A DNA stretch of 64,000 nt. It comes from Octopus vulgaris (lineage: Eukaryota). The notes under the pieces were generated by a model. It saw nothing but the letters and a program-made list of their open reading frames with translations, was not told the origin of the DNA and searched no databases. Positions within the stretch are counted from its first letter, which is position 1; each line of letters starts with the position of its first letter. Where the stretch lies: positions 60,698,001 to 60,762,000 of the forward strand of contig OX597827.1 of assembly GCA_951406725.2 (NCBI GenBank), given 5' to 3'. The translations under genes were made by a program, and so were the position numbers. Positions 62,542 to 64,000 of the stretch are shown piece after piece.

Positions 62542-63621
62542 TCTTAGACTATAATATGTGTGTGTGTGTGTCTTTGTGTCTGTGTTTGTTCCCCACCACT
62601 GCTTAACAACTGGTGTTGGCAAGTTTATGTCCCTGTAACTTAGCAGTTTGTCAAAACACACCAATAGAATGAGTACCAGGCTTAAAAACAAAAAAAAAGT
62701 CCTGGGAAGCACTTATTTATAAAATCCTAGTAATCTTGGGTTGAACATTTACAGTACAGGAAGGATTATACCATATGATATTTCATTTACTATTCTTACA
62801 TTTGTTGGGGAGGGGTTAGAATTAATGATGTTCTGTGTATGTTGTATTCAGTCACTGAATCCACATTTGAATAACTGATAATATGAAACTCAGAGTAATG
62901 ATTCCAGAAGCTTCAGCTTCCCAAAAATATAAACAGATTCTACTTTATACTTTAAGGATTTTTTCTTCAGCAGTACATACAAATGTTCACCAATCCACAT
63001 GCACACATACACATATACATACACACACAAAGACACAGAGACGCACACATATACATGTGTGTGTATAATGTGTGTATGTGTGTGATATTAAATCTTCAAT
63101 ATTTCAGAAAGATTTAGAACATGACAATTTCATAAAAATTAATATTCTTACAGTATTTCCATGATGCAATATATTCTAAGATTTGAGAAACAAAATTGTA
63201 TAGTTATAGTCTTACAGTAATAGTCTTATGATGCAGTTCTTGTACTATTTCTGGGAGCTGTTAAGACAACTATGATTGCATATGCGTGTTGAAAATTTTC
63301 TTTTATTTGTAATTATTTGAAATTTTCCTGTAAAGAAAGAGTTGGTTTCTAACGAAGATACAAACATCTATCATTGGAATGTAGATAACAAAAACAAAAT
63401 CACATTTTCAATTAGAAGAAAGTCTCTCGTAGTTTTTTTTTCTTTTCTGCTTACAGATTGTATTTGTAATATGAGTGTTAACTGGTTGATTTCTCTTTCG
63501 GAAACCCCCCCCCCCAGCTTTTCTTTCTCTCCTTAATTTGGAATAAATTTGAAAGTTTGTAGAAAGGTTTTAAATTAGAAAGTGTGCTAGGAAGGTTGTG
63601 AAGAACTGTATCTAAAACAAG

Positions 63622-63634
63622 ATACATACATACA

Positions 63635-63668
<34 letters not shown>

Positions 63669-64000
63669 CATATATAAATACATATATACATACATAAATA
63701 CATACATACATACATAAATACATACATATATATATAGATACATACATACATACATACATACATAAATACATACATATATACATAGATACGCACATACATA
63801 AATACATACATACATACATACATGCATACATACATAAATACATACATATATACATAGATACATACATACATAAATACATACATACATACATTCATACATG
63901 CATACATAAATACATGCATACATAAATACATACATACATAAATACATACATTCATACACGTTTTTATGTATGTATGTATGTATTTATGTATGCATGGATG
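63622..64000. repeat. (TACA)n microsatellite switching to (TGTA)n near 63965
   Basis: Direct reading. Confidence 0.95.

Overview
AT-rich, microsatellite- and transposon-dense animal genomic DNA. The SINE families and repeat style point to an octopus/coleoid cephalopod (inference). Two spliced protein-coding genes lie on the minus strand, both missed or fragmented by the ORF track and rebuilt here from splice sites and reading-frame phase. (1) A REC8-type meiotic cohesin kleisin: 8 phase-compatible coding exons from ATG 17379 down to 2875, continuing off the left edge. (2) An apparently complete 6-exon gene (47474-32103, about 398 aa) with degenerate EF-hand-like pairs and a low-complexity tail. 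An intron of the second gene holds a young Penelope-like retroelement (RT + C-terminal GIY-YIG, 682 aa) bracketed by apparently identical 473-bp inverted repeats in (TA)n. The main non-obvious signal is a set of hammerhead-ribozyme-like motifs with canonical and variant cores, carried by several unrelated fold-back elements inserted in (TA)n or TA-rich sequence. Other repeats include a near-identical ~375-bp tandem array with promoter-like motifs inside a REC8 intron, TIR elements carrying telomeric repeats, nested Merlin-like MITEs, Helitron-like elements, and CR1, RTE, R4/Dong, pogo and Chapaev3 fragments. All alignments and counts were made by eye; no database searches were run.
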